Shown here: one piece after another, positions 55,241 to 64,000 of the stretch
How positions within the stretch are numbered: position 1 is the stretch's first letter
How the letters are laid out: each line of letters opens with the position of its first letter
NCBI GenBank assembly: GCA_965203055.1
Contig: OZ241863.1
Location: forward strand, 1,760,001 to 1,824,000
Direction: 5' to 3'
DNA: 64,000 bases
Source of the DNA: Spirochaetia bacterium
GTDB lineage: Bacteria; Spirochaetota; Spirochaetia; SZUA-6; Bin103
Notes under the pieces: model-generated
The model's input: only the letters and a program-made list of their open reading frames with translations
Told to the model about the DNA's origin: nothing
The model's database searches: none
Position numbers and translations under genes: made by a program

Positions 55241-55745
55241 GCGCGGCCGCAGGAGCGCCCGCGCCGCGCTGCCAGAGGGTGGCGAGCGACGGCAGGAACA
55301 GCTCCGGCCGCAACGGCGCCGCGGCCGGCGCCGCCGCGGCCGGGCGGGCGCGCGCGGCGCTGCGGGGCCGCGCCGGGTAGCGCGGCTCCTCCCCGGCCTG
55401 CCCGATGAGGTAGTCGGTAACGGCCACCGCCACCGCTACCCCGACGGCGGCCAGCGCGATGCCAACCTTCTCGCCGTCTTCGAACGAATCCCGGAACGGC
55501 GCCCACTCCTCGGCAAACCCGGAGCCTGCCCAGCGCGCGGCGTCGTACACCAGGGTGGAAAACAGCAGCGCGAACGGAAAGGCGCCCACGGCGACGATCT
55601 CGGCGCGCCGCAGGTGGTGCAGCGCCGGCGCGAACTCGGCCGGGTCGTAGGGCTCCGGGACCGGCTGCTCCTGCGCCGGCGCCGCGCCCGCGGCGGCCGC
55701 GGCCAGCAGCGCGGCGGCCAGCAGGCGGCGCCCCGCGGCCGCCAT
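55233..55745 (-). CDS. Hypothetical membrane protein
   Basis: Signal-like N-terminus, PEPY..EF....LRRAEIV..G.FPF, two TM segments; overlaps both neighbours. Confidence 0.65.
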   Translation of the reverse strand: MAAAGRRLLAAALLAAAAAGAAPAQEQPVPEPYDPAEFAPALHHLRRAEIVAVGAFPFALLFSTLVYDAARWAGSGFAEEWAPFRDSFEDGEKVGIALAAVGVAVAVAVTDYLIGQAGEEPRYPARPRSAARARPAAAAPAAAPLRPELFLPSLATLWQRGAGAPAAAHG

Positions 55746-56494
55746 CAGCGCGGCGCTCCCGGCGGCGGCGCGGCGGCGCGGGCCCCGAACAGGACCGTCC
55801 CCAACCGTACCAGCGTAGCGCCCTCCTCGACCGCGATCTCGAAGTCCCCGGACATGCCCATCGAGAGGGTGTCGAACCCGGGCCGGCCCGCAGCCAGGTC
55901 TTCGAACAACCGGCGCAAGGTGCGGAAGCAGCCGCGTACGGCCCCGGCATCGGCTTTCCACGCCGCCATGGTCATCAAGCCGCGCACCCGCAGGCGGTCC
56001 AGCCGCGCGATCGCATCGAGGGCGCGCCGCAGCTCGGCGGCGCTCGCGAAACCGTGCTTGGCCGCTTCGCCGGAGGTGTTCAGCTCCAGCAGCACGTCCA
56101 TGCTCCCCCCGGTGGCGCCGAGGACGCGCTGCAAGGCTTGCGCCGTGGCCAGCTTGTCGATCGACTGCACGGTATGGAACAGGCGCGCCGCGGGCCGCGC
56201 CTTGTTGCGCTGCAGGTGGCCGATCAGGTGCACTTCCGCGCCGGCGCCCGGCAGCGGCGGGTCGAGCTTGGCGGCCGCCTCCTGCACCCGGTTCTCGCCG
56301 AGCAGGTCGAGGCCGGCGGCCAGCGCCGCCTCCAGCGCGGCGCGCGGCTGGGTCTTGGTCACCGCCATGATGCGCACCTCGGCGCCGGAGCGGCCGCTCC
56401 GCGCCGCCGCGGCCGCCACCCGCTCGCGGGCGCGCGCCAGCCGCCGGCGCAGTTGCGCCGCCAGTGCCTCCGCCGGTTCCGTCACGCTCCCCAC
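55745..56494 (-). CDS. yggS: Pyridoxal phosphate homeostasis protein
   Basis: [50 protein letters not shown]. Confidence 0.95.
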   Translation of the reverse strand: MGSVTEPAEALAAQLRRRLARARERVAAAAARSGRSGAEVRIMAVTKTQPRAALEAALAAGLDLLGENRVQEAAAKLDPPLPGAGAEVHLIGHLQRNKARPAARLFHTVQSIDKLATAQALQRVLGATGGSMDVLLELNTSGEAAKHGFASAAELRRALDAIARLDRLRVRGLMTMAAWKADAGAVRGCFRTLRRLFEDLAAGRPGFDTLSMGMSGDFEIAVEEGATLVRLGTVLFGARAAAPPPGAPR

Positions 56495-56723
56495 GGTACC
56501 GGAAACTCCCGCCGTTGACGAGGCGCCGGCCCCCGGATGGCGGGCGCCGCCGGACGCCCGGGACGGCCCGGAGGCGCGCCGCGCCGCCGCGCCCGCCTGC
56601 GGGCGGCGGGCCGGGCGCGGGCCGGCGATGCGCGTCTGCGCGTTGTCAGCCTGGCGATCAGCGACCTATATTGAAGATGGAGCCATTAGATTGGAGCCAT
56701 TGAAGACGAACGGAGAAGGCAGC

Positions 56724-57620
56724 GTGGTAAACGGCGACAAGAAGACCGGCACCTGGACCGTGAAGGCGGGGCTGGCGCAGATGCTCAAGGGCGGCGTGAT
56801 CATGGACGTGGTAACCGCCGATCAGGCCAAGATCGCGGAGGACGCCGGCGCCTGCGCGGTGATGGCGTTGGAGCGGGTACCGGCGGAGATCCGCGCCGCC
56901 GGCGGCGTCGCGCGGATGGCCGATCCCACCAAGATCAGCGAGATCCAGGAAGCGGTGACGATTCCGGTGATGGCCAAGTGCCGCATCGGTCACTTCGTCG
57001 AGGCGCAGGTGCTGCAGGCCCTCGGCATCGACTACATCGACGAATCGGAAGTGCTGACCCCGGCCGACGAGGCCCACCACGTGTGGAAGCATGACTTCAA
57101 GGTGCCGTTCGTGTGCGGCTGCCGCGACCTGGGCGAGGCGTTGCGGCGCATTGCCGAAGGCGCGGCCATGATCCGCACCAAGGGCGAGGCCGGAACCGGC
57201 AACGTGGTGGAGGCGGTGCGCCACGCCCGCGCGGTGCTTGGCGAGCTGCGCCGCATCGCCACCCTCGGCGACGACGAGCTGGTGACCGCCGCCAAGCAAC
57301 TCGGCGCGCCGCTGCAGCTCGCGCAGCAGATTCGGCGCGACGGCCGGCTGCCGGTGGTGAACTTCGCGGCCGGCGGCATCGCCACCCCGGCGGACGCTGC
57401 GCTGCTGATGCAATTGGGAGTGGACGGGGTGTTCGTGGGCTCCGGCATCTTCAAGTCGGAGCAGCCGGCGCGCATGGCCGACGCCATCGTCAAGGCCACC
57501 ACCCACTACCAGGATGCCGGCCTGGTGGCCGAGGCGTCACGCGGTCTCGGCGCCGCCATGCCCGGCCTCGACGTGCATGAGCTCCCGGCCACCGAGCAGC
57601 TCGCCGCGCGCGGCTGGTAG
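56724..57620 (+). CDS. pdxS: PLP synthase lyase subunit
   Basis: [52 protein letters not shown]. Confidence 0.97.
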   Translation: MVNGDKKTGTWTVKAGLAQMLKGGVIMDVVTADQAKIAEDAGACAVMALERVPAEIRAAGGVARMADPTKISEIQEAVTIPVMAKCRIGHFVEAQVLQALGIDYIDESEVLTPADEAHHVWKHDFKVPFVCGCRDLGEALRRIAEGAAMIRTKGEAGTGNVVEAVRHARAVLGELRRIATLGDDELVTAAKQLGAPLQLAQQIRRDGRLPVVNFAAGGIATPADAALLMQLGVDGVFVGSGIFKSEQPARMADAIVKATTHYQDAGLVAEASRGLGAAMPGLDVHELPATEQLAARGW

Positions 57621-57651
57621 CGGCGGGTCGGGCACTTCCCCCGCGAACCGC

Positions 57652-58236
57652 GTGCTGATCGGAATCCTGGCGCTGCAGGGTGACGTCGCCGAACATCAGG
57701 CGGCGCTGGCCGCCCTGCGGACGGATACCCTGCCGGTGCGCCTGCCGCGGCACCTGGAGGCGGTCGACGCTCTGATCATCCCGGGCGGCGAGAGCACCAC
57801 CATGGCGCTGCTGCTGGACCGCTACCGGTTGCGGCAGCCGCTGCTGGCGCGCCTGGCGGCGGGCATGCCGGCCTGGGGCACGTGCGCCGGCATGGTGCTC
57901 CTGGCGCGGCGGCTGACCGACGATCGCCCGCAGCCGCTGGGCGCCATCGACATGGTGGTGAGCCGCAACGCGTTCGGACGTCAGGTAGACAGCTTCGAGA
58001 CCGAGCTGACGGTGGCCGCCATCGGCGCGGCGCCGCTGCATGCCGTCTTCATTCGCGCTCCGGCGGTGGTGGAAGTGGGCGCCGCGGCGCGCGTGCTGGC
58101 GCGCCTGCCGGACGGTCGCGCCGTGGCGGTGCAGCAGGGCCCGCACCTGGCCACCGCGTTCCATCCCGAGCTGACCGCCGACCGGCGCCTCCACCGCCAC
58201 TTCCTGCGCACCGTGGCCGGCCGGCCGGCACGTTGA
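57652..58236 (+). CDS. pdxT: PLP synthase glutaminase subunit
   Basis: GILALQG, PGGESTT, GTCAG, RNAFGRQVDSFE, FHPE. Confidence 0.96.
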   Translation: MLIGILALQGDVAEHQAALAALRTDTLPVRLPRHLEAVDALIIPGGESTTMALLLDRYRLRQPLLARLAAGMPAWGTCAGMVLLARRLTDDRPQPLGAIDMVVSRNAFGRQVDSFETELTVAAIGAAPLHAVFIRAPAVVEVGAAARVLARLPDGRAVAVQQGPHLATAFHPELTADRRLHRHFLRTVAGRPAR

Positions 58237-58341
58237 TTGACCGGAGCGGCGGCGGTGCGCTACCGTACCGGGCCGTGACGACCGCGGCGTCCCCGGTTCG
58301 TCCCGGCGCGGCCGCGGCGGCATAGTCGGAGTCTCGCAAGC

Positions 58342-59364
58342 GTGCACCTGGAAGCTGCCATCGCCGCCGGTTTCTTCCTTCTCGTCGGCATCGAAACCAC
58401 GCTGAGCTGGGTGCGCAATCTGCGCACCTACGAACTCAGGGACACCGCGGCGAACTTCGCCCTGGCGCTTGGCGACCTGTTCATGGCGGCGGCCATGAAG
58501 GCGGTGTTCCTGCTGTTGTTCGCCTTCCTGCACCGGTTCGCGCCGGTGGACCTGGGCCTCGCCTGGCATAGCTGGGCGCTGCTGGTGCTGGTCAACGACT
58601 TCATCTACTACGTGTTCCACCGCCTGGGGCACCGCAGCCGCTTCATGTGGGCGTTTCACGTCACGCACCACTCCTCGCAGAAGTACAATTTCTCGGTGGC
58701 GATACGGCTCAATCTGTTCATCCTGCCGCTGCACTTCCTGTTCATGCTGCCGCTGGCGCTGATGGGCTTCCGGCCGGAAGCGATTCTGGCGGTCAACTCG
58801 ATCACCACCCTGTATCAGCTCTGGGTCCATACCGAGCTGGTGGGCAAGCTCGGCATCCTCGACCGGATCTTCAACACCCCGTCCAATCACCGCGTCCATC
58901 ACGGCTCCAACCCGCAGTACCTGGATCGCAACTACGGCGCCATGTTCATCTTCTGGGACCACCTGTTCGGCACCTACGAACCGGAGCGCGAAGAACCGGT
59001 GTACGGCCTCACCAAGAACGTCGATACCTACAACCCGGTGACGCTGACGCTGCATGAGGCGCGGGACATGTTCCGCGACGCGGCGCGGCCCGGGCCGCTG
59101 CGCCAGCGCCTGATGTACCTGTTCGGGCCGCCCGGCTGGCGCCCGGGCGCGGCGTCCGCGGCGGTGCCCGGCGGCGGGCGCTGGCCGGCGCGGCGCGGCC
59201 GGCGCCCGGGGGGCCGCGCGGGGCCGGCGCCGGCGTTGCTGCGGCTGTCACGGTACCGGCAGGCGCTCCGTCCGGTCCGTCCGGCGGCGGGCGCCGGCGG
59301 CGCCCGCGAGACCGCGCTGGAGTCCGGGGCCGGCGACCGGCGGCGCGGGCGCGCCGGCCGCTGA
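58342..59364 (+). CDS. Sterol desaturase / fatty-acid hydroxylase superfamily membrane protein (alkylglycerol monooxygenase-like)
   Basis: His boxes HRLGH, HVTHH, HRVHH; YLDRNYG..FWDHLFGT; low-complexity tail after PPGWRPG. Confidence 0.9.
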   Translation: MHLEAAIAAGFFLLVGIETTLSWVRNLRTYELRDTAANFALALGDLFMAAAMKAVFLLLFAFLHRFAPVDLGLAWHSWALLVLVNDFIYYVFHRLGHRSRFMWAFHVTHHSSQKYNFSVAIRLNLFILPLHFLFMLPLALMGFRPEAILAVNSITTLYQLWVHTELVGKLGILDRIFNTPSNHRVHHGSNPQYLDRNYGAMFIFWDHLFGTYEPEREEPVYGLTKNVDTYNPVTLTLHEARDMFRDAARPGPLRQRLMYLFGPPGWRPGAASAAVPGGGRWPARRGRRPGGRAGPAPALLRLSRYRQALRPVRPAAGAGGARETALESGAGDRRRGRAGR

Positions 59365-59432
59365 GAGCCGCCGGCCGCTTGACGCGCGCGGCGGCGCCCC
59401 GCCGGCCGGGGGCCGGCGGGGGCGGTTGACGG

Positions 59433-60419
59433 ATGGCGCGCACGGTACTGGTCACCGGCGCCGGCGGCCAGCTCGGCTCGGCGCTCGCCTTGTCGCTGCG
59501 GCAGGGCGGTTACCGCGTGCGCGCGCTGGTGCGGAACGAGGAGCGCGCCCGGCGGCGGCTCGGCGACCGGATCGAGCTGGTCCGCGGCGACCTTACCGCG
59601 CCGGACAGCCTGCGCGCGGCGCTGCGGGGGGTGGCGGCGGTAGCCCATCTCGCCGGCGCGGCCTCCTACTGGCCGGCGCGGGCGGCCGAGATGCGGGAGG
59701 TCAACCTGCAGGGCACCGCGCACCTGCTGGACGCCTGCGCCGGCGCCGGGGTGCGCACGCTGCTGCACACCAGCTCCATCGCCACCCTGGGCTGGCTGCC
59801 GAACGACCGGCTCGGCGACGAATCCACCGCCTACAACTGGCAGCGCTTCGGCATTGCCTACTTCGACACCAAGTACGAGGCGGAGCGCATGGTGCTGAGC
59901 GATCCGCGGCTGGCGGCCATCGTGGTCAACCCCGGTCTGGTGTTCGGCCCCGGTGACCGCGCCGGCCACGGGCTGCGATTTCTGCGCGAGGTCGCCGCCG
60001 GCGTACCCGGCTACCCGCCGGGCGCCACCACCGCCGCGGTGCTGGAAGACGTGGTGGCCGGCCACGTCGCCGCCCTGGAGCGCGGGCGCCCGGGGGAACG
60101 CTATATCCTGGGCGGCGCCCCACTCTCGTTCCGCGAGTTGTTCGCGGAGATCGCCGCCGTGGTCGGCGTGCCGGCGCCGCGGCGCCGGCTGGCGCCGTGG
60201 ATGCTGCGAGCGCTGGCGCTGGCCCACACCGCGGCCTCCCTGGCAACCGGGAGGGAGCCGCGCGTCTCCCTCCCCTCCTGTCACGTCCTGACCCGTAACC
60301 GGCGCTACCGTTCCGCCAAGGCGGTCGCCGAACTGGGCTACCGCATCTCGCCGCTCGCCGGCGGCCTGCGCCGCTGCTGGGACTGGCACTGCCGCCGGCA
60401 AGCGGCGGCGCGGCGCTGA
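59433..60419 (+). CDS. Extended SDR, NAD-dependent epimerase/dehydratase (HpnA/3beta-HSD-like)
   Basis: TGAGGQLG, HTSS, YFDTK, VNPGLVFGPGD, GRPGERYILGG. Confidence 0.88.
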   Translation: MARTVLVTGAGGQLGSALALSLRQGGYRVRALVRNEERARRRLGDRIELVRGDLTAPDSLRAALRGVAAVAHLAGAASYWPARAAEMREVNLQGTAHLLDACAGAGVRTLLHTSSIATLGWLPNDRLGDESTAYNWQRFGIAYFDTKYEAERMVLSDPRLAAIVVNPGLVFGPGDRAGHGLRFLREVAAGVPGYPPGATTAAVLEDVVAGHVAALERGRPGERYILGGAPLSFRELFAEIAAVVGVPAPRRRLAPWMLRALALAHTAASLATGREPRVSLPSCHVLTRNRRYRSAKAVAELGYRISPLAGGLRRCWDWHCRRQAAARR

Positions 60420-60437
60420 ACGGCGCGCCGCGCTCCG

Positions 60438-61682
60438 CTACGACGAATCCCGCTCCGCGGCCGCGGTCACCTCGGCGAGCGCGGCGTCCGCGATGTCGAT
60501 GGTGCGCTCGATGTCCTCGGCGCTGTGGGCGGCGCTCAGGAACCAGTTGTGGAAGGGATGGAAGTAGGCGCCGCGGCGGGTCGCGGCCGCGCAGAACCGC
60601 TGAAAGCGCATGAAGTCGCTCTCGGCGGCGAAGCGCAGCTTGGGCATGCTCGGCAGGCCGGAGACGTGGAGGCGTTCGCCGTGGCGGAGCGCGACTTGCC
60701 GCAAGCCGTCGATGAGCTGCCGCCCGCGCCGCCGCATGAGCTCCACCGCGTCGAGCTCCTGCAGGCGCCGCTGGCAGGCCAGCGCGGCCGCCATCGGCCC
60801 CTGCTGCATCCAGAAGGTGCCGGTGGCGAACACCGCGCCGGCCGCGGCCAGCAGGCGGCGGTCGCCCATGCAGGCGGCGATCGGATAGCCGTTGGCGATT
60901 GCCTTGGAGTAGCAGGCCAGATCGGGCGTGAAGTCGAACACCGTGTGGGAGCCGTCGAGGGAGGCGCGAAAGCCCACCCGCACGTCGTCGCTGACCACCA
61001 CCGCCCCGTGGCCGCGCGCCAGGGCGCACAGCCGTTGCAGGAACCCGTCGGCGGAGAACTCCGAGTCGGCGAACAGCGGATGGTGATAGGGCGTGACGAT
61101 CACCGCCGCCAGATCGCGCGCGTGCGCCGCCACCAGCGCTTCCATGCCGGCGTGGTCGTTCCAGGTGAAGTCGTGGACGTGGGCGCGGTCCGCGGGCGTC
61201 AGCCCGGCGTGGCCGGGAGTGGCCCAGGGATGGGACCCATGGTAGGCGCCGGCGGCCTTGAGCACGGTGCGGCGGCCGGTGTGCTCGCGCGCCACCTGCA
61301 GGGCGAAGGTGGTCGCGTCGGAACCGTTCTTCCCGAACAGCGCCCAATCCATCCCCCGGATGCGGGCGGTGAAGAACTCCGCCAACTCGACCAGCGCCGC
61401 GGTGGGATGGTTGAAGCCGAAGCCGGCGCCGTCCGCGGCGCGCGCCGCGGCGTCCACCGCGGCGTCGGCGTAACCCAGGACGCTGGCTCCGAACCCGCAC
61501 AGGTAGTCGATGTAGCGGTTGCCGTCGGCGTCCCAGTAGTGCGCGCCGCGCCCGCGCGCGGCGAACAGCGGGTAGGAGCCGGGCACCACCAGCAGCGGCC
61601 CGCGGGTACCGTAGATGCCGCGCGGAATGACGCGCGCGGCGCGCCGGAACAGGGCGTCGCTGCGCTCGAATCGGGTGCTCAC
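60438..61682 (-). CDS. Class III aminotransferase (glutamate-1-semialdehyde aminomutase-like)
   Basis: WDADGNRYIDY, KNGSDAT, YHG, DDVRVGFR, SKAIANG (PLP lysine); GTGA overlap with the upstream gene. Confidence 0.9.
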   Translation of the reverse strand: MSTRFERSDALFRRAARVIPRGIYGTRGPLLVVPGSYPLFAARGRGAHYWDADGNRYIDYLCGFGASVLGYADAAVDAAARAADGAGFGFNHPTAALVELAEFFTARIRGMDWALFGKNGSDATTFALQVAREHTGRRTVLKAAGAYHGSHPWATPGHAGLTPADRAHVHDFTWNDHAGMEALVAAHARDLAAVIVTPYHHPLFADSEFSADGFLQRLCALARGHGAVVVSDDVRVGFRASLDGSHTVFDFTPDLACYSKAIANGYPIAACMGDRRLLAAAGAVFATGTFWMQQGPMAAALACQRRLQELDAVELMRRRGRQLIDGLRQVALRHGERLHVSGLPSMPKLRFAAESDFMRFQRFCAAATRRGAYFHPFHNWFLSAAHSAEDIERTIDIADAALAEVTAAAERDSS

Positions 61683-62437
61683 AGGAACCGGCCGACGCGC
61701 GCCATGAGCTGGAAGATCGGCTCCAGCAGCGGCAGGCGGCCGCGCAGGCGCAGCGCGCCGGTGCCCAGCGCAGTCCACAGATCGAGCGCGCCGCTCAGCA
61801 CGCCGTAGGCGGCTTCGGGATCGGCGAACTCCGCGGTCACGTTGGGCGCGCGCGGCGCGCCGCGCGCGGCTTGCAGGCGGCCGCTTGCGTTGCCGAGCTG
61901 CAGCGGCGGGTGGCCGGCGATGCCGATGGCGGCCACCCCGTCAACGCCGGCCTGCGCGGCAATGCGGCGGCCTTCGTCCCAGGCCTCGGCGAGCACGCCG
62001 ATGGCGTACACCAGCACCGCCAAGCGAATCGCGACCGCGGCGGCGAAGGTGCCGTCGGCATCGAGCCGCTCGCGCTCGCTGCGCAGGTAGTATTGCAGCC
62101 GGGCGCTCAGCGCGCGCAGGCCGTTGATCAGGCGCGGGCGCCAGGCGCCGATCCAGGGCACCGGCGCCGCGCCGCCGCCCTCGAACAGGCGCACCGCGGC
62201 GCCGTGACCGAGCAGCAGCAGGCCCAGCGAGGGCAGCCCGCGGCCGCGGCGCAGCGCGCGCAGCCGGCCCGCGGCGACCTCCAGCCGCAGCCCCGGGCCG
62301 CCGGCAACGCGCAACGCAATGCTGCTGCGCCAGCCGGCCACCTCCTCCTGCGCCGCGGCATCGACGCGCACCACCTCCTCCAGTTGCGGCAGCACCGCAT
62401 GCAGATAGAGATGCGCTTTGATCCGTTCGCTGGTCAC
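61679..62437 (-). CDS. Hypothetical protein with SCP2 (sterol carrier)-like halves
   Basis: C-terminal VLSGALDLWTALGTGALRLRGRLPL resembles SCP2 ends; family assignment is inference. Confidence 0.55.
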   Translation of the reverse strand: MTSERIKAHLYLHAVLPQLEEVVRVDAAAQEEVAGWRSSIALRVAGGPGLRLEVAAGRLRALRRGRGLPSLGLLLLGHGAAVRLFEGGGAAPVPWIGAWRPRLINGLRALSARLQYYLRSERERLDADGTFAAAVAIRLAVLVYAIGVLAEAWDEGRRIAAQAGVDGVAAIGIAGHPPLQLGNASGRLQAARGAPRAPNVTAEFADPEAAYGVLSGALDLWTALGTGALRLRGRLPLLEPIFQLMARVGRFL

Positions 62438-62552
62438 CGGCGGCCAGCCGCAACGTAGCCCGCCCCCCGCCTCCCTGGCAACGCTTGCCCCGCGGCGTAG
62501 CGCGCTGCGGAGGTTACCGGTATGCTTGGGCCCCTAGACCGCGGGAGACAGG

Positions 62553-63116
62553 ATGAAGGTCTACTACGAAGATGACATCGACCGCCAGTGGATAGACGGC
62601 AAGAAGGTTGCGGTGATTGGTTACGGCAGCCAGGGTTCTGCGCATGCCAACAACCTGCGTGACTCGGGGGTGGATGTTGCCGTTGGGCTGAGCCCCAACA
62701 GCGCCAGCGCCGCCAAGGTGCGGGCAACCGGGATTCAGGTAATGGATATGGCCGCAGCAGCGGCCTGGGCCGACGTGGTCATGGTCCTGGTGCCGGACCA
62801 TCTCCAGGCCGAGATCTACCAGCGCGACCTCAAGCCGGGGCTGGCGCCCGGCAACAGCCTGATGTTCGCCCACGGCTTCAACATCCACTTCGGATTGATC
62901 GAGACGCACGCGGACGTCGACATCACCATGGTCGCTCCCAAAGCCCCAGGCCACACCGTGCGCCGCCAGTACGAACTGGGACACGGCGTGCCATGTCTGG
63001 TGGCGGTCGCCAACGACCCATCCGGCCGGGGCAAGAACCTCGCCCTCGCCTACGCCGCGGCCATCGGCGGGGCGCGCGCCGGGGTCATCGAGACCAACTT
63101 CCGCGAGGAGACCGAG
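62553..63116 (+). pseudogene. ilvC: Ketol-acid reductoisomerase, N-terminal domain only
   Basis: MKVYYEDD..VAVIGYGSQGSAHANNLRDSG..FAHGFNIH..MVAPKAPGH..VIETNFREETE; homology stops where the conserved TDLFGEQ should follow. Confidence 0.88.
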
Positions 63117-63206
63117 CGGGCCGTGCCCTGCGGCATGCGGGGCGTGGGCTTGTATCGCCTGACAGCGCTATCATCACTTCAAGGATCCGGCTATACGCCG
63201 AGCACA

Positions 63207-64000
63207 ATGACCTACCAGGGATTCCTACAGCGTCACAGCCAATCCCCCGACGCGGTCGTCGCCGCTGTAGCTGACAACTGTCGCTTCGACGAACGGGCAG
63301 GAATTGGCCGCTGGCAACGATTCGACTCGCTGCTTCGGGACGAGGCGGCGAATCTCAGCGCGATGGACTGGAAGGACTGGAATGCAACCAATAAGCGGCA
63401 CCGCGACCGTTACTGCAAGGTCCACAGACCATGCGTGCCCGATGCCTTTCTTGAAATCAATCGGTGCGCTTGGCTCCAGGATCTTCCCGCCAACCAGTCC
63501 CTGGTACGCATCGAGGACCTCACACGTCCGCTAATACGAAGCAGCCGTTTGGATAATCTGGATCATCTGAAGGACTTGTTGCAGGGGGCGGACAACGGTA
63601 ATGATGATGCGCGCCGTGCGGTCCAGGACTTCTTCGACGAATGGAATCAGGACCGGGATGCCCGCCCTGCGTTCGCCGCATTTTACGACCAAGTGCAACA
63701 AGAGGCGGACGGCTCTGATTGGCCCCACGCGCTGAGAGACCGTCTCGGGCTTGGGCACTACTGCGGCGCCACACTCCCCGTGGCGTTGATGCGCTACCCG
63801 TTCGCCGAGGTCTTCTCGGCTCGAGCAAGTCGGCAACTGCCTGTCGCCTGCGCCGTACCCACGGTTCTGGACGACGGCATGCACCAATTCTTCTTCCCGG
63901 CGCCGCGGGAGCGCTCCTCCGGCGCCACCGTCCACTTGGCGCCGAAGCGCGCCGGCACCATTACTGCCGAAATACTCCATTGCCGGATCGATTACCGGCG
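63207..64000 (+). CDS. Uncharacterised protein, partial, in frame with the ilvC fragment
   Basis: Open from ATG 63207 to the window end: RPAFAAF..WPHALRDRLGLGHY..VPTVLD..FFFPAP..EILH; lower GC than ilvC. Confidence 0.65.
   Translation, partial: MTYQGFLQRHSQSPDAVVAAVADNCRFDERAGIGRWQRFDSLLRDEAANLSAMDWKDWNATNKRHRDRYCKVHRPCVPDAFLEINRCAWLQDLPANQSLVRIEDLTRPLIRSSRLDNLDHLKDLLQGADNGNDDARRAVQDFFDEWNQDRDARPAFAAFYDQVQQEADGSDWPHALRDRLGLGHYCGATLPVALMRYPFAEVFSARASRQLPVACAVPTVLDDGMHQFFFPAPRERSSGATVHLAPKRAGTITAEILHCRIDYR

Overview
Very GC-rich bacterial chromosome segment, most likely a Spirochaetota genome (inference from the TP0733-like barrel, the nusB-surA neighbourhood and the rsgA-mutS2-uvrA-lptD-like order). 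Core blocks: lipoprotein/OMP/nusB/surA/J-domain gene; a complete F1Fo ATP synthase operon (atpBEFHAGDC) directly behind pgk-tpiA-secG; corC-ybeY-phoH-lptD-uvrA-mutS2-rsgA; rluD-yggS-pdxS-pdxT; a small lipid-modification cluster; and an ilvC cut after its N-terminal domain. Accessory DNA: (i) two damaged copies of an HNH-nuclease gene, each with a leaderless sigma70 promoter and an in-frame array of DNA palindromes CTTCG-N4-CGAAG, both beside restriction-modification genes; (ii) a decaying defence patch (SLATT-like gene plus Pro-rich micro-ORF, orphan hsdS, ABC/AAA ATPase pseudogene) and an intact SIR2-NTPase gene; (iii) a ~10 kb surface-protein island headed by an opacity-protein-like beta-barrel gene whose frame is set by (GCTCAACC)15 right after the ATG (OFF here, ON at 14 or 17 units), followed by a papain-like lipoprotease, a beta-propeller lipoprotein and repeat lipoproteins with shared leaders, with recombination scars involving rluD. 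No rRNA, tRNA or CRISPR array was recognised. Several 1-nt frameshifts could be assembly errors. All family assignments come from motif recognition, not database searches.
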